This document shows positions 1 to 8,830 of a stretch of 44,563 bases of DNA, piece by piece; positions within the stretch are counted from its first letter, which is position 1; the number at the start of each line of letters is the position of its first letter. Both the position numbers and the translations under genes were made by a program. Origin of the DNA: Capsulimonadales bacterium (GTDB taxonomy: Bacteria > Armatimonadota > Armatimonadia > Armatimonadales > Armatimonadaceae); NCBI GenBank assembly GCA_033762295.1, contig JANRLW010000060.1, forward strand, positions 1-44,563. Reading direction: 5' to 3'. The notes under the pieces were generated by a model. The model saw only the letters and a list, made by a program, of their open reading frames with translations. It did not search any database and was not told where the DNA came from.

Positions 1-1282
1 CATTTTGTGGTACCTGTCGGTATTTTCCCGCCCGACGGGCGGCGGTGTCTTGTGGGGTCGCGGGTTTTTCCGGGACGGCCCTGGGCGCGTCGGGGCGGGG
101 GGGCGGGTCGTCTGCGGCAAGAAACCGGTCGAACGCCGGGCGAATGCCCGTGATCCGGCGAACCGTGTCGTCCTCCTCGTGAGGGCCGGACATCTCCAGC
201 CACGCGGGATCGACATCGATCCCCCCACCGGACCGGAAGTAGGCGGAATGATGGAGGCGGACGAAAGCCCGGCAATCCTCCGGACGGGTGACCGGCCGAT
301 CCTCGATGCCCCGAACATACCGGAAATAGCGGCGCAGGTTCTCGGTCAGGTGATCCCGGTCGGTGGCGGGAACGATTTCGAGTCCCCGTTCCCCGGTGAT
401 TCGTATCGTCGTATCCGTGGCGATCTCAATGTCGGCCCGGTCGCAATGAACGGTCTCGATGTTTTCGGACGGCGGGGCCGCGGCATGTGTGACGGCGAGA
501 CGGAGTTCGACCCCGTTACGGGTGACCGTGCGCAGGAAGGCGGTGTCGAACGTTTCGATCGAATTGGCGCGATAGAGTTCGGCGTCCGGCTCCCCGGCGA
601 AGTGGGGATCGGTCAGGGTGTCCGGTGCGTCGCCCCCCGCCCAGAGCAGGCAGTTTTGAACGTGGTGCGCCATGGCGTTGCCCGGACAGGAGTCCAGGAT
701 CAGCCTGCCGTCCTCACCGTAAAGGCGTCCGACCCATCCGGCGCGTCGAAAATACCCCTGGGAGCGGGGCCAGAGGCCGCGAAAGGTGACACGCCGGACG
801 GCTCCGAACTCGCCGGAGCGAATGCGCCGGAGAAGCGCGACCCGGCGGGGTTCGCCGACGAAGTTGAAGCCGACCTGGGTCTTTCCGGGGGCTTGCGCGT
901 CCAGATCGATCATACTTTCCAGTTCGTCGGGATCGAGGGTCGGCGGCTTTTCCAGGTAGCAGGCGACTCCGGCGAGGACGCAGGCCCGATGCATGGGGGC
1001 GTGCCAGGGGATCGGCGCGGCTACGGTGACGACGTCGACCTGTCCGGCCCACGTCTCCAGCATTTCCCGGTAATCCCGATGAACGGTCACGGAACGCTCC
1101 TCGAACTGCCATCGTTGTTGCTGCTCGGCGAACCGTTCGGGCAGAGGGTCGCAGGTCGCGAGGAGTCGGCACTCCCCCTCCCGTTGGAGCAATTGAACCG
1201 CCCGGTGATGTTCTCCGGCGAAGCCTCCCATGCCGATGATGGCGATTCGCAGGACGGAACCGTCGTTGCGATCTTGACGCAT
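1..1282 (-). CDS. Gfo/Idh/MocA family NAD(P)-dependent oxidoreductase, 3' end runs off the window (absent from the ORF track)
   Basis: Manual minus-strand translation from ATG at 1282: MRQDRNDGSVLRIAIIGMGGFAGEH (Rossmann GxGxxA), CYLEKPP (EKP motif), QVGFNF. No stop codon before position 1. The + ORF 5..1297 is its antisense shadow. Confidence 0.9.
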   Translation of the reverse strand, partial: MRQDRNDGSVLRIAIIGMGGFAGEHHRAVQLLQREGECRLLATCDPLPERFAEQQQRWQFEERSVTVHRDYREMLETWAGQVDVVTVAAPIPWHAPMHRACVLAGVACYLEKPPTLDPDELESMIDLDAQAPGKTQVGFNFVGEPRRVALLRRIRSGEFGAVRRVTFRGLWPRSQGYFRRAGWVGRLYGEDGRLILDSCPGNAMAHHVQNCLLWAGGDAPDTLTDPHFAGEPDAELYRANSIETFDTAFLRTVTRNGVELRLAVTHAAAPPSENIETVHCDRADIEIATDTTIRITGERGLEIVPATDRDHLTENLRRYFRYVRGIEDRPVTRPEDCRAFVRLHHSAYFRSGGGIDVDPAWLEMSGPHEEDDTVRRITGIRPAFDRFLAADDPPPRPDAPRAVPEKPATPQDTAARRAGKYRQVPQN

Positions 1283-1415
1283 CGTCGTCTCCCGTAAGAG
1301 GTGCTTGTGTGTACCTGCATCTTACCCGCCTCGCCGCCAAATTCTCCGTTGCCGCCGAAACCTACCATCCTCCGGGAAGATAGGGCATAATACGGACGGA
1401 AAGGTACCTACCGGT

Positions 1416-2651
1416 ATGATGTCAGGTTTGCGGATTCACCCCGCGCACGGGCGCGATTTTCTCCGGGCGGCGGCAATGGCCCTGCTATGGTTTCCGGGCG
1501 TGGCGTTCGCCCAAACGCAGTCACCGCCGAAGACGGTCTCCGCGTCGGTCCCGGACTGGCTGCAGCCGCCGTTGCGCCGTGCCGGAGCGAACCGCGTCCA
1601 GCTGATCGACGCCTGGAACCGGACGCCGAAGGAGGAGCGGGAAGGGATGCGCTTCCTGCTGGAAAACATGCCCGACCGCGATCTGCAAACGCTTTCCTCC
1701 GCCTATCTTCGGGAGCAGGTGTCGCTGGGGTACCGGGCGCTGGCCGACGCGCCGTGGAAGGACGCTATTCCGTCGGCGCTTTTTCTGAACGATGTTCTGC
1801 CGTATTCGGTTCTGAACGAGGAGCGCGATACCTCGCGGCGAATGTTGCGCGAGACGTCGCTCCCCCTGATCGCCGACTGTCGTACGCCCGGCGAGGCCGC
1901 GCAGCGTCTGAACGAACGGCTTTTCCCGCTGTTGAAGGTTCGGTATTCGACCGAGCGGAAGCGTCCGGATCAGAACCCGACGGAGACGATCGAAAGCGGC
2001 AAGGCGACCTGTACCGGTCTGTCGATTCTTCTGGTCGACGCCTGTCGTTCGGTCGGCATTCCGGCGCGGGTGGTCGGCACCCCGCTCTGGACCAATCTGC
2101 GAGGAAACCATACCTGGGTGGAGTTCTGGGACGGAACGCGATGGCGATTTACCGGCGCGGCGGAACCGGACCCGCAGGGGCCGGATCGCGGCTGGTTTAC
2201 CGGGGATGCGTCGAAGGCGCTCAAGGATAATCCCCGGCATGCGATCTATGCGAGCAGTTTCAAGCGGACCGGTGTCGCCTTTCCGCTCGTCTGGGCGAAG
2301 GATATTCGCTGGGTGAACGCCGAGAATGTGACCGATCGCTACACGGTCTCCGTCCCGACGACGGACGACGGCAAGACCCGCCTGCTGGTGAAAACGGTGG
2401 ATGCGACGGGCAAACGGGTCGCCGCGCAGGTCACCCTGCGGGCGTTCGGCGGAACGGAGACGCTGGCCGAGGGGCGAAGCAAGGGCGATACCGCTGATAT
2501 GAATGATTATTTGACGTTCGAAGTGCTGCGAGTCTGCCCGCCCCGGCAGTACGAAATCACGGTGGTTTTCGGGAAGGCGACGGTTCGGCGGACGATTTCG
2601 GCGGGAATGGAACCGGAGGAGATGGTCGTCATCCGACTGGGGAACGGGTGA
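1416..2651 (+). CDS. Secreted transglutaminase-like domain protein
   Basis: Signal peptide ending in AFA-Q; ATCTGLSILLVDACRSVGIPARVVG and NHTWVEFWDG are transglutaminase-like Cys/His motifs. Start placed at ATG 1416 or 1419. Confidence 0.8.
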   Translation: MMSGLRIHPAHGRDFLRAAAMALLWFPGVAFAQTQSPPKTVSASVPDWLQPPLRRAGANRVQLIDAWNRTPKEEREGMRFLLENMPDRDLQTLSSAYLREQVSLGYRALADAPWKDAIPSALFLNDVLPYSVLNEERDTSRRMLRETSLPLIADCRTPGEAAQRLNERLFPLLKVRYSTERKRPDQNPTETIESGKATCTGLSILLVDACRSVGIPARVVGTPLWTNLRGNHTWVEFWDGTRWRFTGAAEPDPQGPDRGWFTGDASKALKDNPRHAIYASSFKRTGVAFPLVWAKDIRWVNAENVTDRYTVSVPTTDDGKTRLLVKTVDATGKRVAAQVTLRAFGGTETLAEGRSKGDTADMNDYLTFEVLRVCPPRQYEITVVFGKATVRRTISAGMEPEEMVVIRLGNG

Positions 2652-2658
2652 TTCGACG

Positions 2659-2691
2659 GAATCAGGGGACAACCATGGTGTCCCCTGATTC
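2659..2691. terminator. Perfect 13-bp stem-loop between convergent genes (probable bidirectional terminator)
   Basis: GAATCAGGGGACA-accatgg-TGTCCCCTGATTC. Confidence 0.65.
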
Positions 2692-2704
2692 ACGGAGGTT
2701 ATTT

Positions 2705-3358
2705 TTATGGTCGGCGGCGACGTGCGACCAGACCGCCCAGTAGCGGCAGGAGGAGTGCCAGGCTCCCCGGTTCCGGTGCGGATACGGTATTCAGAAGGGA
2801 ATGAAAACTGCCGGCGGCCCAACCCGGACCGGTTGCAATCCGCCCTTCCGTCGGACGAAGGAGTGTTGGACTGTCGATGATGCGATCATCCACATAAGTG
2901 AGGCCGGGCGCCATCACCGTGGACCCGGTCGGCCAGAAAAAGACCGAAAAATCGGGCTGGTTGAACTGACCGATACTGGTGGTTCCGCCCACAATGTAGC
3001 CCGCCGCCGCCGGAAGGCTGATTGGGGTAATGTTGACAAAGCGAAAACCGGCGCTATCCAACCCTGTTTCCGAACCGGCAGGGATGACTGTGGAAACGAG
3101 CAGGTCGCCGGCCGGATTCCAGATACCAACCTCATGCGCCTCGACCAGACCGTCGTTGCCCCGATCGAAGTACGAAAGGGCGGTCACGGTAACGCCCTGC
3201 GGGGCGGTAACATCGAACTCATAGCCCTGGACACGCCACGGGAAGTTATTGGTGAAGGAGCCACCGGTAAAGGAAAGAGCCGGGGTCTGCGCGAGAACCG
3301 GTGAAGCGACGACCATGGCGACGAGACCGGCACCGAGAAAAGTGGGTAACAGTTTCAA
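2705..3358 (-). CDS. PEP-CTERM sorting-domain surface protein (DUF4082-like beta domain)
   Basis: Signal peptide ending VLA-Q; GYEFDV...VTALSYFD; C-terminal SAPEPGSLALLLPLLGGLVARRRRP. TTG start with an AAAGGA RBS. Confidence 0.85.
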   Translation of the reverse strand: MKLLPTFLGAGLVAMVVASPVLAQTPALSFTGGSFTNNFPWRVQGYEFDVTAPQGVTVTALSYFDRGNDGLVEAHEVGIWNPAGDLLVSTVIPAGSETGLDSAGFRFVNITPISLPAAAGYIVGGTTSIGQFNQPDFSVFFWPTGSTVMAPGLTYVDDRIIDSPTLLRPTEGRIATGPGWAAGSFHSLLNTVSAPEPGSLALLLPLLGGLVARRRRP

Positions 3359-3486
3359 TGTTCGAATCCTTTCACGAGGCTATTTCCTTCGACATGGTAT
3401 GTCTTCCTGCTTTCGATGGATATTTTCTCCCCGGCTGACCGCTTCACGGGAGAGACCGGGATTTTTGAGGAACCGATCCTCGGGTT

Positions 3487-4359
3487 TCAGTTCTTGCCGC
3501 CGGTGGTGGCGATACCCTGGATGAACGTCCGTTGCGCGAAAAAGAAGAGGAGGATAATCGGCAGGGTGAAGAGGACGGAGGCGGCCATCAGGTGCGCCCA
3601 CTGCCCGCCGTGCTGAGAGAGGAACTGCTGCAGTCCGTAAGCCAGGGTGTAGCGGGAAGAGTCGTTCAGATAGAGAAGCGGTCCGAAAAAATCGTTCCAG
3701 GTCGCCAGGAACTGAAACAGAGCGCAGGTCGCGATCGCCGGCCGGGACAGGGGCAGGATGATCCGGAAGAAGATACGCCACTCGCCGGCCCCGTCCAGAC
3801 GGGCCGCCTCGCTCAACTCCTCCGGGATGCCCCGGAAGAATTGTGTCAGGAGAAAGATGAAGAACGGCGACCCGAAGAACGACGGCACGGTCAACGGAAG
3901 GTAAGTGCCGTACCATCCGAGCCAGCGGAACAGGGCGAAGACCGGAATCATCGTCACCTGCCCCGGCAGCGCCATTGTCGCCAGCAACAGAAGAAACAGG
4001 AAATCGCGGCCTTTGAATCGGAGACGGGCGAACCCGTAGGCGACGGTCAGGCTGGACGTCACCGCTCCGACGACGTTGATCAGGCAGAGGCAGAGGGTGT
4101 TTCGCAGGTAGAGGCCGAACGGAACCGTTTTCAGCGCGTCCGGGTAGTTCGTCCACCGCACCGGATGGGGAAGAAGGTTTTGCAGGAAGGCGGTCGCGTT
4201 GTCCGTATTGCCTGTCGCGTAAATCTGGGAATCGGGCTTCAGCGAGGTGGAAATCATCCAGAGGAGCGGAAGCGCCGCCGGGATGCTGAGAAGGATCAGC
4301 AGAGAATGCGCGGCGAACTCCTGCGCCGGTGACAGATCGAACGGACCTCTATTCCGCAT
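3487..4359 (-). CDS. Carbohydrate ABC transporter permease (MalG/UgpE-like)
   Basis: EAA loop IPEELSEAARLDGAGEWRIF, WNDFFGPLLYL, C-terminal QRTFIQGIATTGGK. Confidence 0.95.
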   Translation of the reverse strand: MRNRGPFDLSPAQEFAAHSLLILLSIPAALPLLWMISTSLKPDSQIYATGNTDNATAFLQNLLPHPVRWTNYPDALKTVPFGLYLRNTLCLCLINVVGAVTSSLTVAYGFARLRFKGRDFLFLLLLATMALPGQVTMIPVFALFRWLGWYGTYLPLTVPSFFGSPFFIFLLTQFFRGIPEELSEAARLDGAGEWRIFFRIILPLSRPAIATCALFQFLATWNDFFGPLLYLNDSSRYTLAYGLQQFLSQHGGQWAHLMAASVLFTLPIILLFFFAQRTFIQGIATTGGKN

Positions 4360-5743
4360 ATCCCAGCTTTCGTCGTCGTTGTCGTTCCTGGCGGATGTCC
4401 GTCTCCAGGGTTTCCAGCGCCCGTTCCGGTGTCAGCGTTCCTCGCTTGACCAGATCCTGCATCCGGCTGATGCTGTCCGCCAGGAAGGCCTGATAGGGGA
4501 CCGGTGGGGGAGGCTGAAGGTTCGGACTCGGCAGAACCTCCAGAAAAGTCCGTAGCGCAGGGTACTTCCGTACATAATCCCGGTAGATCGGGGACTCGGC
4601 GATGGCCGGACGGATGGGGAGCCAGCCGCCGCGCAGAAAGAACTCCGCCGCCGTCTCGGGTCGGGTCAGGCCGGACCAGAAACGAATGAACTCCCATGCG
4701 CCCTCGGGTTGGCGGGCGTCGCGCGGAATGAGCAGCATGTCGGCATTGGCCCATCCGGCGTTCGGCGTGCCTCCGTTCGGCGGCGGGAGCGGCGCGGTCC
4801 GATACGGCAGATCGGGCGCGAATTTTGCAAGCTGTTCGATGCGCCACTGACCGTCGACCACGATCGAATACGCGCCGGAAATGAACGGCCAGTCGACCGA
4901 CCCGCCGGAGTCGCCGGTCAGGCCGGACGTGAACCGGACGATATTCTCGAATCCGAGTTTTCGGTGGGCTTCGGCAAGGTACTCCAGGGCGCGGCGGTTG
5001 GGCGGAGTGTTCAGGGAAACGGTCCCGGTCGTCTCGTCGTAAAAGCCACCGCCGAACAACCCGGCGAACTGCGGATACTCCGTGGGCAGGAAACCGATAC
5101 GTTTCAACCGACCGGTGCGGTCGAAACGTGTCAGTGTCTCTCCGGCCTGCGTCAACTCCTCCAGGGTCGTGGGGAAACGGTCGGGGTCCAATCCGGCGTC
5201 CCGGAAGTGGTCGGTCCGGTAAAAGCAGACGCTCAGGTTGGGGCCGATGCCGATCGCGTAGAGTTTATCCTGAAAGCGACCGACCTTGCGGACGAACGAA
5301 TAGGTGTCCGTCCGAAGGGTCCGGCGGTCCTCGGCGGACATCAGTTCCTCCAGCGGAAACAGGACGCCGTTCTCGGCCCAGGTCGCCAGAACGAGATTCC
5401 ATTGCGCCATCATGTCGGGCGGATCGCCCCCGACGGCGGCCAGGAGAAATTTGGAGTCGGCGCTGGCCGTGGGGACGGACAGCGGAATCACTTCGTAGCG
5501 ACTCTGGCTTTCATTGAAGCGATCGGCGATCTCCCGGATCACGGCCTCCCATTCGGCCGTCCACATATGCCAGAAGCGGACGGGAACCCGGCGCGTCCGG
5601 GGACGGGGCGGAGGCGGCGTTGCCAGCACGGCCACGGCGGCAAGGGTTCCGGCCGTTCCCAGGAGCCGACCGAGCGCCTCGCGTCGCGTCGATCGGGCGT
5701 CCGGAATGGTCGGTTCCTCCGGAGTGGTCGGCTCAGTCGCCAT
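4349..5743 (-). CDS. Carbohydrate ABC transporter extracellular solute-binding protein (family 1), Tat-like N-terminus
   Basis: STRREALGRLL twin-arginine-like signal; VRFWHMW, GGDPPDM, FYRTDHFRDAGLDP, DGQW, AWEFIRF. Confidence 0.9.
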   Translation of the reverse strand: MATEPTTPEEPTIPDARSTRREALGRLLGTAGTLAAVAVLATPPPPRPRTRRVPVRFWHMWTAEWEAVIREIADRFNESQSRYEVIPLSVPTASADSKFLLAAVGGDPPDMMAQWNLVLATWAENGVLFPLEELMSAEDRRTLRTDTYSFVRKVGRFQDKLYAIGIGPNLSVCFYRTDHFRDAGLDPDRFPTTLEELTQAGETLTRFDRTGRLKRIGFLPTEYPQFAGLFGGGFYDETTGTVSLNTPPNRRALEYLAEAHRKLGFENIVRFTSGLTGDSGGSVDWPFISGAYSIVVDGQWRIEQLAKFAPDLPYRTAPLPPPNGGTPNAGWANADMLLIPRDARQPEGAWEFIRFWSGLTRPETAAEFFLRGGWLPIRPAIAESPIYRDYVRKYPALRTFLEVLPSPNLQPPPPVPYQAFLADSISRMQDLVKRGTLTPERALETLETDIRQERQRRRKLGYAE

Positions 5744-6599
5744 AGTGCACCCATCGCCGCTGCGTGACGAACAGGAAGCCGGTGAGCGCCATGATTAGAA
5801 CGAACAGCACCCAGGCCATCGCGCTGGCGTACCCCATGTCGAGGTAACGCCAGGCGCGGTTGAAGAGGTAGAGGGCGTAAAACAGCGTACTGTCCTCCGG
5901 ACCGCCACGGGTCATCACGTACGCTTCGGTGAAGTACTGAAACGATCCGATCGTTCCCATGACCACATTGAAGAAAATCACCGGCGTCAGCATCGGGAGG
6001 GTGACATGGCGCAGACGCTGCCACCGGTTCGCTCCGTCGAGGAGAGCGGATTCGTAAAGATGCACCGGAATGTCCTTCAGCCCCGCCAGGTAGATGACCA
6101 TGCTGCCGCCCACTCCCCAGAGCGACATGAAAACAAGGGACCAGGGCGCCCAGTGCCGATCCTGCAGCCAGGCCGGTCCGACCACGCCGACCAGACCGAG
6201 AAGGCGGTTGACCAGGCCGATCTCCGGGTTCAGAATCCAGAGGAAGACGACGGACACGCCGACCGTCGGGACGATCGTCGGCAGGTAGAAGAGAGTCCGG
6301 TAGAGGGCGATGCCACGCAGGTTGAGGTTGAGCAGAAGCGCGAGGGCGACACCGGCGACGGTTCCGGCCGGAATCGCGACCAGCGCGTACCGCAGCGTCA
6401 CCCAGAGCGACTTCCGGAAGAGCGGGTCGTCGTAGACGAGCGTTTCGTAGTTCGTGCCCCCGACCCAGACCGGGGGAAGAACGATGTTGTAGCGGGTAAA
6501 CGATAGGAACAGACTGGCGGCGAAGGGGAAGGCCGTGAAGATCAGGAAACCGATCAGCCAGGGCGCGATAAACGAGTAGGCGACAAGTTGTTTCCGCAT
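5733..6599 (-). CDS. Carbohydrate ABC transporter permease (MalF/UgpA-like)
   Basis: Start MRKQLVAYSFIAPWLIGF at ATG 6599; YLAGLKDIPVHLYESALLDGANRWQ EAA loop; MGYASAMAW. Confidence 0.95.
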   Translation of the reverse strand: MRKQLVAYSFIAPWLIGFLIFTAFPFAASLFLSFTRYNIVLPPVWVGGTNYETLVYDDPLFRKSLWVTLRYALVAIPAGTVAGVALALLLNLNLRGIALYRTLFYLPTIVPTVGVSVVFLWILNPEIGLVNRLLGLVGVVGPAWLQDRHWAPWSLVFMSLWGVGGSMVIYLAGLKDIPVHLYESALLDGANRWQRLRHVTLPMLTPVIFFNVVMGTIGSFQYFTEAYVMTRGGPEDSTLFYALYLFNRAWRYLDMGYASAMAWVLFVLIMALTGFLFVTQRRWVHYGD

Positions 6600-6610
6600 T
6601 CCCGAATCGC

Positions 6611-7444
6611 CTAGGATGGGTAGTTCCGTCGCCAGTTCCAGCTGTCGCTGCCGGACAGAACGCGCCGCGTCTCCTCGGGGAGGGTCGCCAGGTAGGCGGG
6701 ATCGATCTCGTTGCCGGGCCATTCGCGGAGCATCGGCGGCGTATAACCGGCGACGCAGATGACGCGTTCCCGATCGCTCCAAACGGCGGTCGTGCTGTGG
6801 ATCAACGATTCGGCGAAGAGGAGCACGGACCCGGCCGGCCCCTGTACCTGGCGAATCAGATGCTTCGGGTCTTCGAACGCCGCCTCGATCATTTCGTTCT
6901 GCCGCCAGGCCATCTTATGGCTTCCGGGAATGACGGCGGTGCCGCCGTCGCCGGGGCCGACATCGGTCAGGTAGGCGAGCGTTTTGACGAAGAGACAGTG
7001 GAAGCGATCCTGCTCCTGGTAGGTGCCCCAGCCATGCCGGGTCCCGGTATGGAAGCCGAGCGGAACGATGTCGCGTTCCCTAAGACCGTCCGTGTCGGAT
7101 TTCGGGTCGCGCCGGTTGATGATGGCTTCGGTCTCCTCCAGGCGCACCTCGCCGCCGACGACATCCCGCACCAGCGGAAGCAGGAGCGGATGTGCGGCGA
7201 ACCGGGTCAGCGACGGGTCGTAGGCGACCAGATTGCCCATATGGATGGAGTGATCCTGTTCGTGGTTCAGATAGATGCCGCGCGCGGCCTTGTTCGGGTC
7301 GGAGCGCATCCGGTAGAGCGCCTCCTTCATCGCCGCGACCTCGTCCGAAGGAAGAATACTTTCCAGAAGGACATAGCCGTAGACGTCGAAGTGAAATCGC
7401 TGGGCGGGAGTCAGGGCGGTGTGAGGGGCATTGTCTTCGAACAT
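6611..7444 (-). CDS. Phytanoyl-CoA dioxygenase (PhyH) family Fe(II)/2OG oxygenase with HxG metal motif
   Basis: FDVYGYVLLE, YLTDVGPGDGGTAVIPGSHK, GSVLLFAESLIHS...R; the proximal motif reads FHTG. Confidence 0.9.
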   Translation of the reverse strand: MFEDNAPHTALTPAQRFHFDVYGYVLLESILPSDEVAAMKEALYRMRSDPNKAARGIYLNHEQDHSIHMGNLVAYDPSLTRFAAHPLLLPLVRDVVGGEVRLEETEAIINRRDPKSDTDGLRERDIVPLGFHTGTRHGWGTYQEQDRFHCLFVKTLAYLTDVGPGDGGTAVIPGSHKMAWRQNEMIEAAFEDPKHLIRQVQGPAGSVLLFAESLIHSTTAVWSDRERVICVAGYTPPMLREWPGNEIDPAYLATLPEETRRVLSGSDSWNWRRNYPS

Positions 7445-7512
7445 GGTTTGCAGGATAAGCGGAAGGAAAGCCGCAGGCCATGAGCGACCTGCGGCAGGGA
7501 GGTCGGAGAAGA

Positions 7513-7740
7513 TCAGGGAGCGGGCGTTCCGGACGGGGCGGACGACGGACGCTTCCCGGCCCGGATCGCCAGCCCTTCACGCCGGATCCGTTCCCGCTCT
7601 TCGGGCGAGAGTTTGGCGTAGGTAGGTGAAACGGTGGGCTGGGAGTTGTCCTTCAGCGAGTTCCACCCGAAGTACCCGGCCGCAGCGACCGCCAGAACGG
7701 TCACGACCGCTATAAGGATGGTTTTCGTTTTTTCGTTCAC
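7513..7740 (-). CDS. Small single-pass membrane protein, partner of the upstream pilin-like gene
   Basis: MNEKTKTILIAVVTVLAVAAAGYFGW: charged N-terminus plus one TM helix; GGAG RBS upstream; lies within the operon. Confidence 0.7.
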   Translation of the reverse strand: MNEKTKTILIAVVTVLAVAAAGYFGWNSLKDNSQPTVSPTYAKLSPEERERIRREGLAIRAGKRPSSAPSGTPAP

Positions 7741-7791
7741 GTCATTACTCCGTCGATCAGCGGTGGCGTCCGACCGATCCGATCGATGTGA

Positions 7792-8628
7792 CTACGGTCG
7801 CGGTCGCGGAACGACCGTCCAGGAGATGCCTTTCGCGCCCCGGGCGAACTTGACGTGGTAGTCGGCGAACAGCACGTTGTTGCCGCCGGTGTGTCGGGCC
7901 GGAACGACCTGGGAGATCGCGCCCACGCCACCGTAGTCCGCGCCCGGCGCGTTATAGACCTGCCGCCAGGTCACGTCCTGATCCTGGAAGGGATTCGGCG
8001 AGTCGTAGCCGTTCTCGGAGTAGCCGATCATCCAGGCGGTGTTGTTCGGGTCGGTCTGGAACGGGGTGCTGTTGGTGGTCCAGACACCGAACAGGCCGGT
8101 CGCCTCGCTGATCAGGATCTGCTCGGAGGGGCGGTCAATCGCGGCGTCGGCCAGGGCGTTCCCCATGTAGTTCCAGTTGCCGGAGGAGTCGGACCATCCG
8201 GTTTCGTTGAACAGGTAGGACATGGAAAATCCGCCCGGCGTTCCACGAAGCGGGTCCGGAATGCTGACATAAGGCGCGGTCCCGGCGCTCGGACACTTGG
8301 TGATGTCACGGTTCTTGAAATAGGGCCAGAGCACTTCGTAGAAGGAGTGGTCCCAGTCCCAGACGTTGGGAAGGTCCGCGGGCGGGTTCGGGTTCTGACC
8401 GAACGGCCACTGGTGGACGTTTCTCTCGTCGTAGTCCTGCTTGTACATGGCGAGCGCGAGCCCGATCTGCTTCAGGTTCGAGATACAGGCGGTGGCGCGG
8501 GCCTTTTCACGGGCCTGGGCGAATACCGGGAAGAGGATGGCGGCGAGGATCGCGATAATGGCGATGACGACGAGCAACTCGATGAGCGTGAAGGCGCGGC
8601 GGACAGGAAGCAATGCGTTACGGTGCAT
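7792..8628 (-). CDS. Prepilin-type N-terminal cleavage/methylation DUF1559 protein (pilin-like 1)
   Basis: [35 protein letters not shown]...[10 protein letters not shown]-terminal [16 protein letters not shown] (H-X9-DG motif with G changed to Y); GAAGGAG RBS. Confidence 0.95.
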   Translation of the reverse strand: MHRNALLPVRRAFTLIELLVVIAIIAILAAILFPVFAQAREKARATACISNLKQIGLALAMYKQDYDERNVHQWPFGQNPNPPADLPNVWDWDHSFYEVLWPYFKNRDITKCPSAGTAPYVSIPDPLRGTPGGFSMSYLFNETGWSDSSGNWNYMGNALADAAIDRPSEQILISEATGLFGVWTTNSTPFQTDPNNTAWMIGYSENGYDSPNPFQDQDVTWRQVYNAPGADYGGVGAISQVVPARHTGGNNVLFADYHVKFARGAKGISWTVVPRPRP

Positions 8629-8830
8629 TGAACATTCTCCTTCGTTAGAGATGAGGAGTGCCGACGTTACTCAACGTTAAACGAGAAAACTTGAGTAATG
8701 ACATTGGGCCCCTCGCATCGCATTCTACATTGCTTTATTGCCACTTCGCAACCACTTTCACCGGTAAAATATAGCCCGACGATGCTGCAATAGCGTTTTT
8801 GGACCACTTATCTGCCATAATGGGGACATA

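Noticed and set aside
5..1297. 430-aa plus-strand ORF
   Set aside because: Shadow of the minus-strand Gfo/Idh/MocA gene, which the ORF track missed because its stop codon lies outside the window.
7513..7740. Small ORF as a RiPP precursor for the radical SAM enzymes
   Set aside because: It is a TM-anchored protein in a different operon. No convincing short precursor ORF was seen beside either radical SAM gene.
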